Assembly: GCA_963663165.1 (NCBI GenBank)
Contig: OY760175.1
Coordinates: 4,512,001 to 4,576,000, forward strand
Length of the DNA stretch: 64,000 bases
Source of the DNA: an uncultured Desulfospira sp.
GTDB lineage: Bacteria > Desulfobacterota > Desulfobacteria > Desulfobacterales > Desulfobacteraceae
Direction of reading: 5' to 3'
Shown: positions 37,296 through 50,500 of the stretch, piece by piece
How positions within the stretch are numbered: the stretch's first letter is position 1
Layout of the letters: each line of letters opens with the position of its first letter
Position numbers and translations under genes: made by a program
The notes under the pieces: generated by a model
The model's database searches: none
Told to the model about the DNA's origin: nothing
Seen by the model: only the letters and a program-made list of their open reading frames with translations

Positions 37296-40200
37296 TTATT
37301 CCGCTGTGCAGCCTAGAAGAACCACAAAATACGGAAAGTCCAGGTGGTCGATCTTGTAGTCGCCGTTAAAATCAGCCTTATGATAGAGCTCAAAATTCGG
37401 ATCTCCTGAGTCATATTCAATTCCGATAAGCCGGCTGAAAACAAGGATATCCTGGCCGTCCACATCATTGTCGCCGTCAAGGTCCGCATCTGAACAGGCC
37501 CCGGTGAAACGGTAGCCGAAGATGTTGGTGAACAGTTCAAGGTCTTGTTCATTAATGACGCCGTCGCTGTTAAAGTCGGCATCGGCATCAAACCCGTCAT
37601 CGGCTGATGTCAGGTGAAGCAGGGACATGAGCCGGAAAAGATCGCTTCCGTCGATGTCCAGATCCCCGTCCAGGTCACCGTACCGGGGCGGATAGGGCGG
37701 TCTGCTGGAGGCATTCAGCGGATCGGTTTTGGCGTAAAATTCCTCGCCGTCAGAGTAACTGTCTTTATCCGTATCGCTGTCAAAGGGATCCGTGCCATAG
37801 GCAATTTCCAGGCCGTTGCTCAGATCGTCGTTGTCGGCATCGGCGTCTTCGGCAAATGTGGTGAACTGCCAGACCGGGCCTTGGGTTACCTGGCTATAAC
37901 TGTCCGTGGCCAGGACCTGCCACCAGTAGGTGGTGCTGAACCCCTCTAATGCCAGCAGACATCCGGTATCCGGCAGATTTTCACAATTTTCATCAATGGT
38001 AAAGCTGCCGTCCTCTGTTTTGTACCGGACGGTATAGGTCACCGTATCCCCATCATCCGGGTCCCCGCCGGTCCAGGACAGGGCCAGGTCAACGGACAGA
38101 CCGGTTTGCCCATCTGAAGGTGTGGGGGCTGAAGGATCTGACGGCTTATAGTTGACGGTGATGGCGCCGGCCGCGTAATCGGAAATTGTGCTGGTGTTAT
38201 CGGAAATCCGGGCATACAGGTAATAGGTGCCGCCGGCAATGCCGGAGAGGTTCCAGTCATAGGTATCGCCGGATTCATCAGAATCTTCGGAAATACCGGA
38301 GATGATCAGGGTGCCGTCCTCTCCTGAATCGTCGGTGTCATAGTACAGGGAGATTTGGGCATCGGAATCCGGGTCTGTATCTTCCCATGAAATGGTGCAT
38401 ACAGTATCAGGCCCTTCAACCGTGATGACCTTGTCCGTATCCGGTGCAGTCAAAATGACGGTCGGCGGATCATCGGTGGTATCCTCTTTAACAAAAAATG
38501 CCTGGGCGTCGCTCCAGTCGCCTTCAATGCCGTGGGCGTCGACCAGTTTTGCCCGCCAGTAATACCAGGCGGCGTTTTCAAGTTCCCGGGAAACCGTTAA
38601 GGACAGGGTGTCTGACGATTCATCAAACGCCAGATCAGTCAGATGTTCATCCGTATACACTTCAACCATCATTTCCACGGCATCATTGTCCGGGTCTTCA
38701 ACCGGATGAACCGACAATACAGGTGTTAACTGATCGGCCCAGGACAGGTTCCCCGGGTTTTTAAGCACAGGGATTCCCGGGGCATCGTTATAGGTGTTGA
38801 CAAAGAATTGGCCCGCCACCCACTGGCTTGCCGATTCGCTGTCACGGGATCTGGCCCGCCAATAGTAAACCGTGTTGTCGGCCAGGTCCTGCACCTGCCA
38901 TTGCACCGTATCTTCTGAAACCGTGATCTCACCGGACCCGGTCCCTACAGGGTCGCTTGCGCTGAAATTTTTTGAAGTGTCAATCTGGAAGTCATAATTT
39001 ACTTCTTCCCCGTCCGGGTCGCTGACAGGGCTGACAGACAGCATAACCGATATGGTTTTTACTTCACTTCCGGTTGCCGGTGAATCAATTTCAGGTGCCG
39101 GCGGGGTATGGTTGGCGGTGTTTACGGTAAAGGAAGAGAGTTCACTGGTCACCGGGTTCCCTTCAATATCTTCAACGGTTACCTGCCAGTGGTAAGAACT
39201 GCCGTTTTCAAGATCTGCGCTAACCTGGAAGGAGACCATGCCGGATGCTTCATCCACACTGCCCTGGCCTGAATCCACTATCTCATTCTGGTCCGAATAA
39301 ACCGAAAAGGTATAGGTCAGGGAATCGCCCTCCGGATCAGTGCTGAACCCGGACACAAGGACCGGAGTGAGCGAATCCACACTCCCGGATTCCTCCGGGG
39401 TCAGCAGTTCAACCGCTCCCGGCGGATCATTGGCTTCACTGACCAGAAATGATCCATGGGTCCAGAAGGAATAGGCCGTGCCGTCAAAGGCTCTTACCCG
39501 CCAATAATAGGTCTGGTCTTCCACAAGGGTTTCAGTGACGGTCCATAAAGCGATATTGCCCGATTCCGTGACACCGCTTTGACTTTCCACAGGTGTGGTG
39601 TATCCGGCGTCTGAAAAGAGTTCAAATTCATAGGTTAAAATATCGCCATCGGCATCTGTGCTGCAAAGAACCGACAGGTCCGGATTAAGTGAAGTTACAA
39701 TGGTACCGGGTTCGGGTGCATTGATAACGGGAACGCTGGGGGCGTTTTCGGTTCCGGTGGGATTGGTGCCGTTTAAAAATTCATCCAGATCTGAAATGCC
39801 GTCACCGTCAAAGTCGCCGGTGCCGTCCCGGTCCAGGGTGCCGAAATGTTCCTCCTCCCACTCATCGTCCATGCCGTCACAGTCTATATCATTGACAGGG
39901 CAGATGGTCAGGGTGGCGGTCTGGGAGTCGGTCAGGGCTCCGTCCGAGGCCTTGAACTTGATGGCATAGGATCCGGCCTGGCCAATGGCCGGGATCCAGT
40001 CAAACCGGCCTATGCCCTCGCCGATAGTCGTAAATGTCGCCCCTTTGGGCAAGGCTGAGGTGGAAAGGGCCGGGATGGTACCGTTGGGATCAGTGGCCTG
40101 GACAATAAAAGAGAGCAGCTGCTCTTCAGGTTTTTGTTTGTTTTCGATGTACTGAAGCACCGGTGCCTGGTCCATCTCTTCGGGATCTTCAAACACGATG

Positions 40201-41570
40201 GTATAGGTGGTGTAAGAGCTGATTTGGCTGTTCTCCTCCTTTGTATAGGTAACGGGGGTGTTTACGTCAAACAGGTAAACATAATACATCCACACCTTGT
40301 CGCCCTGCTCATTGTCTTCTTTGGTCTGGTAGAGCCAGACGTTGTCCTCTGATATCGCTTTGCCGTCGGACCGGGTGGCGGACAGGATAACCTTTTCTCC
40401 GTCCAGTGGGTCAGAAAGCTTGGCCACCATGGGGCCGCTCGTGGTGGCCAATACGGTCAGGGTATAGGTGTCCCGGGTGCCGCTGGTTCCGCCTGCTGTC
40501 AGGGTGGCAGAACTGCTCCGGTCGGTTACGCCGGTGTCCAGATTATCGGATTCGTAAACGGTATAGGTGCCCCCTTCCAGGGATAGAAAATCCCGGATGT
40601 CGTCTCTGCCGGGCAGGTCCACCCATACATCATGGACCAGGAAATGGGTGTTCACCGAATCTATCAGGGAGGTCAGTTCCCCGCCCAGTTCGTCGGAATG
40701 GGTAAACTCGGCGGTAAATTCCGTAAATGTCCCGTAAAGGGAGCAGGCCATGATCCACCGGGCCGTGCCGGCCTCATTGGGCTCGATATCCCCAAAGTCC
40801 ACCAGCAGGCTTGGGGTCTCTTCCTCTCCATTAACTTCGCTGCCCTGGATGTAAAAGTTGACCAGCAGCCCCTGTTTGTTGTCGATGATTTTGGGCTGGG
40901 CCGATTCTATTTTCAGGGCGTTGGCCGCGCCGGCACCGGCATTGCTGACCCTCACCCCCAACGAAAACGGGATTTCCGCTTCTATCTCACTGGTGAAGGG
41001 ATCATCCCCGTAAACATCGTGGGGAATGAAATAATCCAGCACCAGGTCAGGCATGGGTTTAACATAAATATAGTCCGGATCCACCTCAGTGACATGCTCT
41101 TCCCCGCCAAGGGTATAGATCAGCCGAGCCCCCACATAGTAAAGGGTGCCGGACTCAAGGCCGTTGCTCGCCCCCTGGGCCGGGATGATCAGCCAGTGGA
41201 TGTCGGCCACGGTATCGGGTTCCACGATGCCGTCCCCGTTAACGTCATCAATGTTGCTCATGGTATCGATCCGGATGAAAAATTTGGCATCGGTATTGCT
41301 CGAATCCGAAGACGCCAGCACATTCTCGCCGTCCTCATCGGCAAAGGAGACCTGGATCTCCACATCCTCCAGAGAAACATGGGTCAGTCCGTTGGTGATC
41401 TTCATATGGGCATCAAAGGCCTGGCGCTCAAGGGTCAGCTCCTGGTCGATCTGAATTCTTACCGTGGCGCATACGCTCTCGTCAGCTAGGGCATTTCCAA
41501 GGAGAAACAAACATGCGAAGGTGAAGGCGGCCAGGGCAATCACACTGGTTATATATCTGTTTTTTTTCAT
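37296..41570 (-). CDS. Secreted Rhs-partner protein A2, paralog of 16069-20268
   Basis: Collinear with A1 throughout; signal peptide MKKNRY...ALA; RBS aagga before ATG 41570. Confidence 0.85.
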   Translation of the reverse strand: MKKNRYITSVIALAAFTFACLFLLGNALADESVCATVRIQIDQELTLERQAFDAHMKITNGLTHVSLEDVEIQVSFADEDGENVLASSDSSNTDAKFFIRIDTMSNIDDVNGDGIVEPDTVADIHWLIIPAQGASNGLESGTLYYVGARLIYTLGGEEHVTEVDPDYIYVKPMPDLVLDYFIPHDVYGDDPFTSEIEAEIPFSLGVRVSNAGAGAANALKIESAQPKIIDNKQGLLVNFYIQGSEVNGEEETPSLLVDFGDIEPNEAGTARWIMACSLYGTFTEFTAEFTHSDELGGELTSLIDSVNTHFLVHDVWVDLPGRDDIRDFLSLEGGTYTVYESDNLDTGVTDRSSSATLTAGGTSGTRDTYTLTVLATTSGPMVAKLSDPLDGEKVILSATRSDGKAISEDNVWLYQTKEDNEQGDKVWMYYVYLFDVNTPVTYTKEENSQISSYTTYTIVFEDPEEMDQAPVLQYIENKQKPEEQLLSFIVQATDPNGTIPALSTSALPKGATFTTIGEGIGRFDWIPAIGQAGSYAIKFKASDGALTDSQTATLTICPVNDIDCDGMDDEWEEEHFGTLDRDGTGDFDGDGISDLDEFLNGTNPTGTENAPSVPVINAPEPGTIVTSLNPDLSVLCSTDADGDILTYEFELFSDAGYTTPVESQSGVTESGNIALWTVTETLVEDQTYYWRVRAFDGTAYSFWTHGSFLVSEANDPPGAVELLTPEESGSVDSLTPVLVSGFSTDPEGDSLTYTFSVYSDQNEIVDSGQGSVDEASGMVSFQVSADLENGSSYHWQVTVEDIEGNPVTSELSSFTVNTANHTPPAPEIDSPATGSEVKTISVMLSVSPVSDPDGEEVNYDFQIDTSKNFSASDPVGTGSGEITVSEDTVQWQVQDLADNTVYYWRARSRDSESASQWVAGQFFVNTYNDAPGIPVLKNPGNLSWADQLTPVLSVHPVEDPDNDAVEMMVEVYTDEHLTDLAFDESSDTLSLTVSRELENAAWYYWRAKLVDAHGIEGDWSDAQAFFVKEDTTDDPPTVILTAPDTDKVITVEGPDTVCTISWEDTDPDSDAQISLYYDTDDSGEDGTLIISGISEDSDESGDTYDWNLSGIAGGTYYLYARISDNTSTISDYAAGAITVNYKPSDPSAPTPSDGQTGLSVDLALSWTGGDPDDGDTVTYTVRYKTEDGSFTIDENCENLPDTGCLLALEGFSTTYWWQVLATDSYSQVTQGPVWQFTTFAEDADADNDDLSNGLEIAYGTDPFDSDTDKDSYSDGEEFYAKTDPLNASSRPPYPPRYGDLDGDLDIDGSDLFRLMSLLHLTSADDGFDADADFNSDGVINEQDLELFTNIFGYRFTGACSDADLDGDNDVDGQDILVFSRLIGIEYDSGDPNFELYHKADFNGDYKIDHLDFPYFVVLLGCTAE

Positions 41571-41593
41571 TGTCTTTTCCTTAGAATTTGACG

Positions 41594-44500
41594 CTACCAT
41601 TTTATTTTCCCGCATCCCCCTGCTTTACAGGATGCCCCCATGTCAATACCGGTAATACCGGCACTGCCCCCCCCGGAGCAGCTGACGGTTGGCGGCCCGG
41701 GTGGAAAGGGCGGGAACTTAAGGCTTATCCCGCAGCTTAATCCGGGTATGGAACATTCAGCTTTTAATTCAAGTTCCCCCTCGGTTCCCTTTGGACAGCA
41801 ATCGCTGGAGTCAAGGCCTAAATAAATTTTTATTGAAGGCGGATCAATGCCGCCGCAGGCCATCAGACAGACCTCCAGAACATGCATGCTTTCCATCTGT
41901 CTGGTTTCACAATTACAGCACTTGGCAAGCCCGGCTTTTCCTGAAGCTTCTATGCCGACAGCCCCGAGGATGGGAATGCATCCGGTGGAAACTTCCACGC
42001 CAAGGCCGATACTCAGTGTTCCAAAGGGGTCAATTTTATTGATGGGATTGGCATCTGCGTATACATAATAGTTGATATCAATATCGTTATATCCCTGTAT
42101 GCAGGACTGGCTGGTCTGATATTTTCCGGCATTGGGCCGGTTGCCCAGCCCAAGGGGATCGGCCTGAATGTACCGGCCTGCGGCAGGATCATAATATCTG
42201 TGCCGGTTATAGTGCAGGCCCGACTCTTCATCAAGATACTGGCCCGGCAGCCTCAAGTTGTTGACAAGGGTTGAACCGGCATCCACCTGGGCCTGGCCGT
42301 AGGCATCATAGGTTGCCGACCAGACTACGCCACCGGATACGTCTGTGATTTTAACCGGTTTTTTCAGGCGGTCGGTGTGATAAAAATAGGTGCTGGTTCC
42401 GGATTTAATAAAGACCGGGTTATTTGAATTCACTGTCACGGGAGAATACCCGTAAGCCCGGATCAGCTCCCCTGCTTCATCAAACTCTGCCACAAGCCCT
42501 TCTTCGGCGTAGATGAAATAGGTTTTTGTTCCGTTCACCTCTTTCCACGTGCGGCGGCCAAAGGGATCATAACCGTAGGCGGCAATCGGTGTCTGAGTGC
42601 CTCCTGAATCCAGGTCAATCCGGATTAACCGGTCTTCGTGGTCATAGGTGTAGTTGAACGTCTGTGATCCGGTTGTTTTGGAAATCATGTTTCCATTGAG
42701 GTCATAGGTGAATTCTGCATCACCGGTGGAGAGCAGCTGGTCATTCTCATTATATGTCCAGTCTGCCGTTGCGCCGGTTTGTGACAGCCGGTTGCCCATG
42801 TGGTCAAAGGTATAGCTGACCGCCCCGCCGGATGAATCGTCAACGCCGGTCAGCCGGTATTGTTGATCATAATCATAGGTGACGGTTCCGGTTAAGGTGG
42901 TTACCGAGGTGACATTGTCTTCATTGTCGTACACAAACGCCTGGTCCATGAGTGTATTATCCCCCGGGTCTTTGGTGGTGATGGATCCGGGGCGGTAGAA
43001 ATCATCATATTCAAATTCGCGCAGGGTGCCTCCGGGCAGCAGGATGCTGTCGGGTTCATTCCACGCATAAGCGTTGTAGGAGACGGTTCCCACACCCGGA
43101 ATGGAAATGGTGCCAATCTTGTTGTCCTCGGTATAGGTGTATTCATAGAGGGTCCCGTCAGGCGCCGTAAAGCTTTTTTTCAGGCCGTTTTTGTAATATT
43201 CATAAGCCCAGGTTTTGGTAAAATCATTGCAGGTTATGGTTTCGCTGATTTTTCTCTGGGACAGGTCATATTCGTACTGGGCCGAAAATTCACCATCGTT
43301 ATATTCCGTCAGCTTACCGGTTTCATTGTAGGCAAAGGCAATGGTTTTATCCGGGGTATCCGGATCCTGGCTTGCGGCAGTGGCGCTCGCATAATAACGG
43401 ATTTCTTCAAGTTTATTGACCTTGTTGTAGTCATATTGGGTGATCCTGCCTTGGGCATCCATCCTCCGGGTCAGATTGCCGTTTTCATCGTAATCATAAA
43501 CGGTTTCCTGCCCCTCAGGCCGGGTTTCCTTGATCAAACGGTTATTCCGGTCATATTCAAAGGCGGTGGTATGCCCGTTGGCATCGGTTAAACTGAGCAT
43601 GTTTTTGCGTTTATCATAGGTATAGCTGATACCGGTGCCGTCGGGCCGGATCTCCTTTACCTTCCGGTTGATATCATCAAATTCAACGGTATGGGTAACC
43701 CCGTTCATATCGGTTTGATCCGTGATATTGCCCATGATGTCATAGCTGGTGGACCGTTCATGGGTTGTTGCCCCGCCATCAAGTTCATATAGTTCCTGAA
43801 TTTTTCTTCCCAGGCTGTCATAGACATGGCGCACATCCATTGTGGGATACCGGATTACAGAAGGCTTATCAAGGCCGCCATTAGAGCAGGCGGTGCATCC
43901 TGCCGCAGAATTTTCATCGTATTCATATGTAATTTGTTTCCCGGCCGAGTTGCCTTGTGAAATCAGTCTGCCAAGGCCGTCATATTCATAAACAAGAAAA
44001 CTGCCCTCGGCGTCCGTCTCCTGCAGGACTTTTCCTTCAAAGTCACGTTCATAGACCGTTGTGTTCCCCATGGGGTCGGTCTGGGAAAGCTTGCGGTTAT
44101 TGGCATCATAGGTGTATTCATAAACACCGCCCATGGCATCGGTCACCGATACCCGGTTTCCGGCGGCATTATATTCATAACGGGTGACATTGCCTAAAGG
44201 ATCGGTTTGGGTCTCCATGTTGCCCGCATCATCATAGGTAAATGTCCAGGTGTTGCCCCGGGGATCCTCCTGGGTCAGCTTCATTCCTAAATTGTTGTAT
44301 GTATAGGTTGTGGTGTTCCCTTCAGGATCCGTCTTTGAGACCATATTGCCGTAGTCATCGTAGACCATGGTTATCTCGCTTTCAAGTGTGTTGTCATCAC
44401 CTGCAATGGTCTGGGTCAGCTGGTTGCCGTTGTCGTCATAGGTATACTGATAAACAATCTCATTGTCCGTTCCCGGGGCCAGAATCCGTTGGGTCATATT

Positions 44501-47500
44501 GCCGTTTTCATCATATTCATATGTGATCTGAGTGCCGTTTCTCTGGATCCGCCGGACCAGTAACTGGGTGTCCGGATCATATTCGCTGACTTCATAAGAA
44601 TCGTCGGGATAGGTTTTCTTGATCAATTGGCCCCATTCATCAAATTCATAAATCGTTGTGTACCCGCGTTCATCAGTTTTATACTGTTTCCGGTTCTCGT
44701 AAATATTCTCTTCAATGGTAATTCCGTTAAGGTCTATACGGGTCACCCGTCCTTTTTCATCATACCAGGTCTCCTGTACCCGGCCGTTTGCATAGGTGAT
44801 CATGTTGTACCGCTCGTTTGCGGCATCGTTCTGGGCGTAGCTGTATTCTGTGCGGTTGCCGTCAGCGTCAATAACGGCTGAGACCCATCCAAAGGTGTTG
44901 TATTCAATCTCCAGGGCCCGGCCGATCTGATCGGTTTTGGAGGTCATCCGGCCATCGGTATCGTAGGTATAGCTGAACTCGTTTCCAAGAAGGTCGGTCA
45001 CCTGTGTCAGGTGGCCGTCGGTATACTGGTAGGAGACTTGCCGGGCGTCACCGGAATCCGAGTCTTTGGCAAGCACCACCTGCCCATCCGAGTTATACTC
45101 ATACCAGAGGACGATATCCTGATTTTTATCCAAAACATGGGTCAGAAGGTCGGGATTATCCTCATCGTAACCATAGGTGAAGTTGGTTTGATCCTGGTTC
45201 CCCCTGAATAAAATCCGGCCCTCCGTGTCATATTGGACCCAGTTGCCGATCCGGTCTTTCCATAAATAGCCGTCGCTGTCCCTGTAAATATGTTTGATTT
45301 TATTGAAGGTGTAAACCGTTCCGGCGGTGTCGGATTTCTCGTAATCCACCCCGTCTTTGGTAATGCTTTCCGGCGTTGAGGAATCAACTTTATAATTAAA
45401 GGTCAGCTCTGCACCGTTGTTTTCAAAATGCCATGCCTGATTATAGAAAAATCTTCTGACGATCAGGACATCCCCGGGGATTTTCAAAAACATATCAATG
45501 ACGTCGTCTTCATAATCTCCGTTCATCAGGTTGACATAGCTTCCGACCCGTGCGCGGGCGCTGGCTTTGCAGCATTCGTCAAACACTTCGCAGACCGCTA
45601 TGGGGGCACAGACCACCCCGTCGGCCGTCACCCCCGATGGGGTATAGGACCCGGTGTAGGTCCCGCCCCCGCCGCCGCCGCTGGTCCCGCCCCCGCTGCT
45701 GGTCCCGCCGCCGCCGCTGCCGCCGCCGGAAACAATGGCATATGTGCCGCCGGAGCAGTCGCCGCCGACCCAGGTAAACCCGGAGCATACAATATCTTCA
45801 TAATGGGTTCCGTTGGAACAGACGTAGAGATACCACAAACAGGTTTTGTCCGAGTAAGTGACGCAATCCCCCCCGGCACCGTCATCGCCGCCGGTCAGGC
45901 TGGCAAGGCAGGTCACCCGGTAGGGCACCGTGATGGACTCCTTGGCCTCAATGGTGTCCGGGACACTGGCCAGAAGTTCATATTTAAAGTATTCGCTGGA
46001 GTCGGGTAAAGAGAATTCAATCTCTTCGGCCCGGATCAGCCCGTAATTGGTAAACCGGATTTCTCCAGTCAGGACATCCCCGGGTTCCATGTCCGGCAGG
46101 GAAATGGAAGCCGGTTCAGCCACCACCACGGCGGCCGGGACATCGGTCTCATAGGTGGCGGTCAGGACAATCTCGTATTTATCTTCAATGGTGGTTTCGG
46201 TAACCGTCCACTCCACAGAGACCAGGTTGTATCCCATGAACACGTCTTCGGTGACAGTGATGCCCGGCTTGATCCAGATCCTTCCGGTGACCTGGTCGTG
46301 GTTATCCGCCGTTAGATAATACTTATACCGGCCTGTGGGCAGATCCGACAACCAGATTTCACCGTTTTTGTCGGTTTTTGCCGTGTAGGATACACTGGTG
46401 ACATTTTCATTCTGCAACGACAGGGACGCCCCGGAAAGGCCCTGAATCATCTCCCCTGTGTCTTCGTCAATGGTGGCCGTGTAAATATCCGACACCTTGA
46501 ACAGGACGTTGCCGATCCCTGAATCGGTCACCGCCACATGGACCAGAATACGGTCCGCCTCATAGTTGGCACCGCTGACCTGAACATAGAAGGCGTAGTC
46601 CCCTTCTGAAACAGCGGATTCAGTGGGATAGAAAAGCAGGGTTAAGTCCACGCTTTCACCGATCTCAATGGACTCCTGATCCGAGGGCAGGTTCAACACG
46701 GCCCAGGACGGGGCCTCTGATCCGTCGGCGTTCACCAGTGTCACAGACAGGTCGGTAAGTTCTGCAAAGCCTTTGTTTTTAAGGGTTAAGGTTTCCGATG
46801 TGCTTTCATTCAGGGCCAGGCCGGTTTCAATATAACCGGGTGAGTATGACAGCGACGGGCCGGCATCGGCATCATCGGTGGCAAGGCAGTTGACATTGAC
46901 GGTGAGGGTTCCTAAGTCTCCATCGCCGGTTTCATCACTGACCAGGCGCAGCACAAGGGAGGCATTCCCATCGGCTGCATTATCGGCCCATACGGTGATG
47001 GGCAGGGTGGTTCTTTCATTGGCAAAAAGGCTTTCGACAGGGTCACCGGTCTCCACATAAATGCCCGTTGGGAAGACGCCACCATCCTGGTCCGCTGCCT
47101 CATAGACAAATCCAAGACCGGACGCCTGGGCCAGGCTGCCGGCGGTAGCGGTGACCACAATCTCATACTCGTAGTTTCGAATCGCCGTAAGATTGTAAAT
47201 GGCCGGTGAAAAACTGATCAGGCTGTCGTTGGGATTATTGATGGTGAAGCTGCCGTGAGCCGGACGGTCGGTCCGGTCCGGATGAATGGCGCAAACCTCG
47301 TAATCCCCATACTCCCCTTGTCTGGGCTCAAAGGCATAGGTAAAGGTGCCGTCGCTGCCGGTAAAGACATCCACGCTTCTTTCGAATCCGTTTATGGTGA
47401 TGAACAGGGTCAAGGGCACGTCGGCCAGGGGATCACCGTCACCGCGGTCCACGGCCTGGCCGGTAATTTCAATATCCTGGTCCCCGGTAGAGGTTTCAGG

Positions 47501-50500
47501 GGTAATGCTTGAAATCTCTCCATAGTAAGCCGTGTCAATCAGGGTGATATCCCGTTTTGTCCGCACCCCGCTCATCTCGACTTCATTGTCTTCTCCCAGG
47601 GCATAGTAAATGCGGTTGATTCTCAGGACCAGGGTCATCTCATCGGGGGCATCTGAAGGCACGGTAATGCTCATGGGCCGGGACTCAAATGTTTCCCCCG
47701 GCCCGATTCGGGCCACGGTACGGCCCGAGGCCAGCGTCACCACATTGGGGCCCAAATTCTGGGTATAGGTTCCCGTGGAAAGGGTGTTGCCTTCTCCATC
47801 GTTGAGATACAGGGTGATGTCAGCGGAGGCTTTGCTGCCGGGTTCCGCCGTGACCATTTCAATTTGTTCATCCCCGGTGTTTTCCAGGGTAAAGACGATT
47901 TCTCCTGAGGTGCTGCGGACAAACTCATCATTGGTAAAGGAAAGCTTGAGCATGCCGGTGCCCACCGAAATGTCACTGGTTGTGGCGATCCGGACGGTTT
48001 CCCCGTCATTGGGCGTGATCTGGATCACGGTTTCAATGGATGAGGTATCCGGCAGATCACTGTATCCGCCAATGACCACGGGCACGGTCAGGGATTCGCC
48101 GCCCCCCAGGTCAAAGGAGGATGAAACGTGTTCATGGCTTTCAACGGTGACCTTTAACACGGCATCTTCCACAGCCGTGGTGCCGCTGTTGGTCACCGTG
48201 TATTCCAGGCGGTTCATGAGCCCGCGTTTCAGGCCGGTTCCTTCGGGAAGGACGGCGCTTAAGGCGGGCAGGACAATGCTTCGGCCAAGGCTTTCCTTAT
48301 TTTCTGAATTCACGGCAATGACGGTATACCGCCGGTCATTGCCGTCAAATCCCGTGTCTTCATAGGGGGAGCCGGCCAGCAGGGCTGTGTTGAGCCGGGT
48401 GGTGCCGCCTTCGGGTCCCAGTTCAATATGGTACCCGCTGATACTGGTGCTGGAATGGGTCCAGGAAATGACGGGGCTGTCGTCATCCGTTTGGACCACG
48501 CTCAGCTCATCTACGGGCAGCAGTGCAAAATCAAGGTAGGCAGGGTCGCTGGGAGCCGATTCATTGCCCACCTGATCCACGGCCGTGACCACATAGTAAT
48601 GCCGGTCTTCGGATGGCTTTGTATCAATGGCGGTGGCCACCTCAATACCGGTGCGTACGGGTGTCAGGCCTTCTATGGAAGTGATGCCGGCGTTATCGGT
48701 CCGGTACAGGGAATAGGTCATGTCTTCGGTATCGGCCGGTGCGGTCCAGGTGGCCTGGATCCCCTGGGCGGTCAACGTCAGGGCAAGACCCGTTGGGACC
48801 CCGGGGGCTGTGCTGTCGGATACCACTTCAACGGATGCGCTCCGGCCGCTTTCGGCGGTTTCCTGGTTTTCTGTGCGCAGGCTGGCAATGGCATAAGTAT
48901 AGGTGCCGTCTGCCCCGGGATTACAGGTGTATTCAGTAACGGTATCCAGGTTGGCCAACGCCTGCCATTCACCCGGTACCTGCTGGTAAAGCACATATCC
49001 CACCGCCTGATCCACGGCATCCCAGGTCAGCCGGATTTCTCCTGCCGGCAGGGAAACCCCGGCAAGGCCGGTGGGGGCTGCCAGAGGCGGCAGACTGCCC
49101 TGATAGATCTGGAAGGCATTGTCTGCGGTGATCTCATCGGAAGTATTGTCCAGATCGTCCACGGCTGAATAGATGAATTCCAGGGTTTCGGCGGTTTCAA
49201 AACCGGCATCCGCGGGCAGGGTGAACACGGCCTGCCAGGTTTCGGCATGGCCGTCTGCTGTTTCGATACGAGTGATATCAGTGGTATCGATTTCCACAGG
49301 CTCCCGGCCTTCTTTGGAAAGCTGATAAGACAATGCCGGGGTCTCCCCGTCTTTGACCGCTTCAGAAAGGCCCAGCACAACCGTTATCGCTACGGGATCG
49401 GTTTCATCGTTCTGTACAGGGGCCGCAGGGGTAATCTTTATGTCGATAAGGGCGGGCCCCTCGGTGTCAATTTCCACGGTATCGCCCGAAGCAATGGTAT
49501 CGCCCCGGTTTCCGGCCTCGTCCCTGGCCGAGAATACGGCATAAGCCGTGCCTGTGGGGGTGTTCTCATCAATGACAAACACGCCGGTGTAAGTCAGTTC
49601 TGATTCCTGATCCAGGTCTATGGTCATGGGAACGGCCCCCACGGGGTTGATGCTCAGGAAGGGGGTGGTCACCAGGGGTTCGCTTACCGTAAGGGTCACA
49701 TAAACAATCCCGGTTCCCATACGGCCGGTAGTGGTCTCATAATGCTCTTCCGGTGAGTATTCAATGGCCGCCTGGGGGGCCACCCGGTCGGAAATACCGG
49801 ACACCGTGGCGGACAGGGCGCTCTCATTTTCCGCATAATCCACGGCTGTAATGCCGTAATAATATTCCCCGTCTTCATCGGGAAGGTCTTTATAGGTTAA
49901 AGCTGTGATCAGGGATGAGTTAAGCTTTGTTCCCTGGCCGACAGCTGTGAATGTTGTGGCGGACCGGTACAGGTTATAGCCCTGGACCGTGGTATCAAGG
50001 GGCTTGCTCCAGGTTAAGGTAATGACGCCTGAGGCACCGGAATTTGCCTTAAGGTGGGAGGGGCTGTCCGGGATGCTGGTATCTAATTTGACGGTAACGG
50101 CGGTACTCTTAACGCTTTCTCCGGTCCGGTTTTCGGCCGTGGCCTCAAGGGTGTTCTCGTCTTCTGCAAGGGTTACCAAAAGACTGAATTTGCCCTTGGC
50201 ATCGGCTGTGGTTTCATTGCCCGCGGCCGACCCGTTTATGTAAACCTTGATACCGGCAAGCTTCTGGGCCGTTCCCGACACGGTAATATCGGCCTCGTTA
50301 ACCATCTCTCCATTGGAAGGGCTGGTGATTACCGGTGCCGGCGGAAGGGCTAAGGCAACGGTAACGGTATAAGAGGCCGTGGTGGTGTTGCCAAGGGTGT
50401 CGTAGGCGGTAATCTGAACGGTATATGGCCCGTCGTCAACGGACAGAATATCCCACTGGCAGGCGTAATCCGATCCGCTGGTATCGGAATAAGTGGTCCC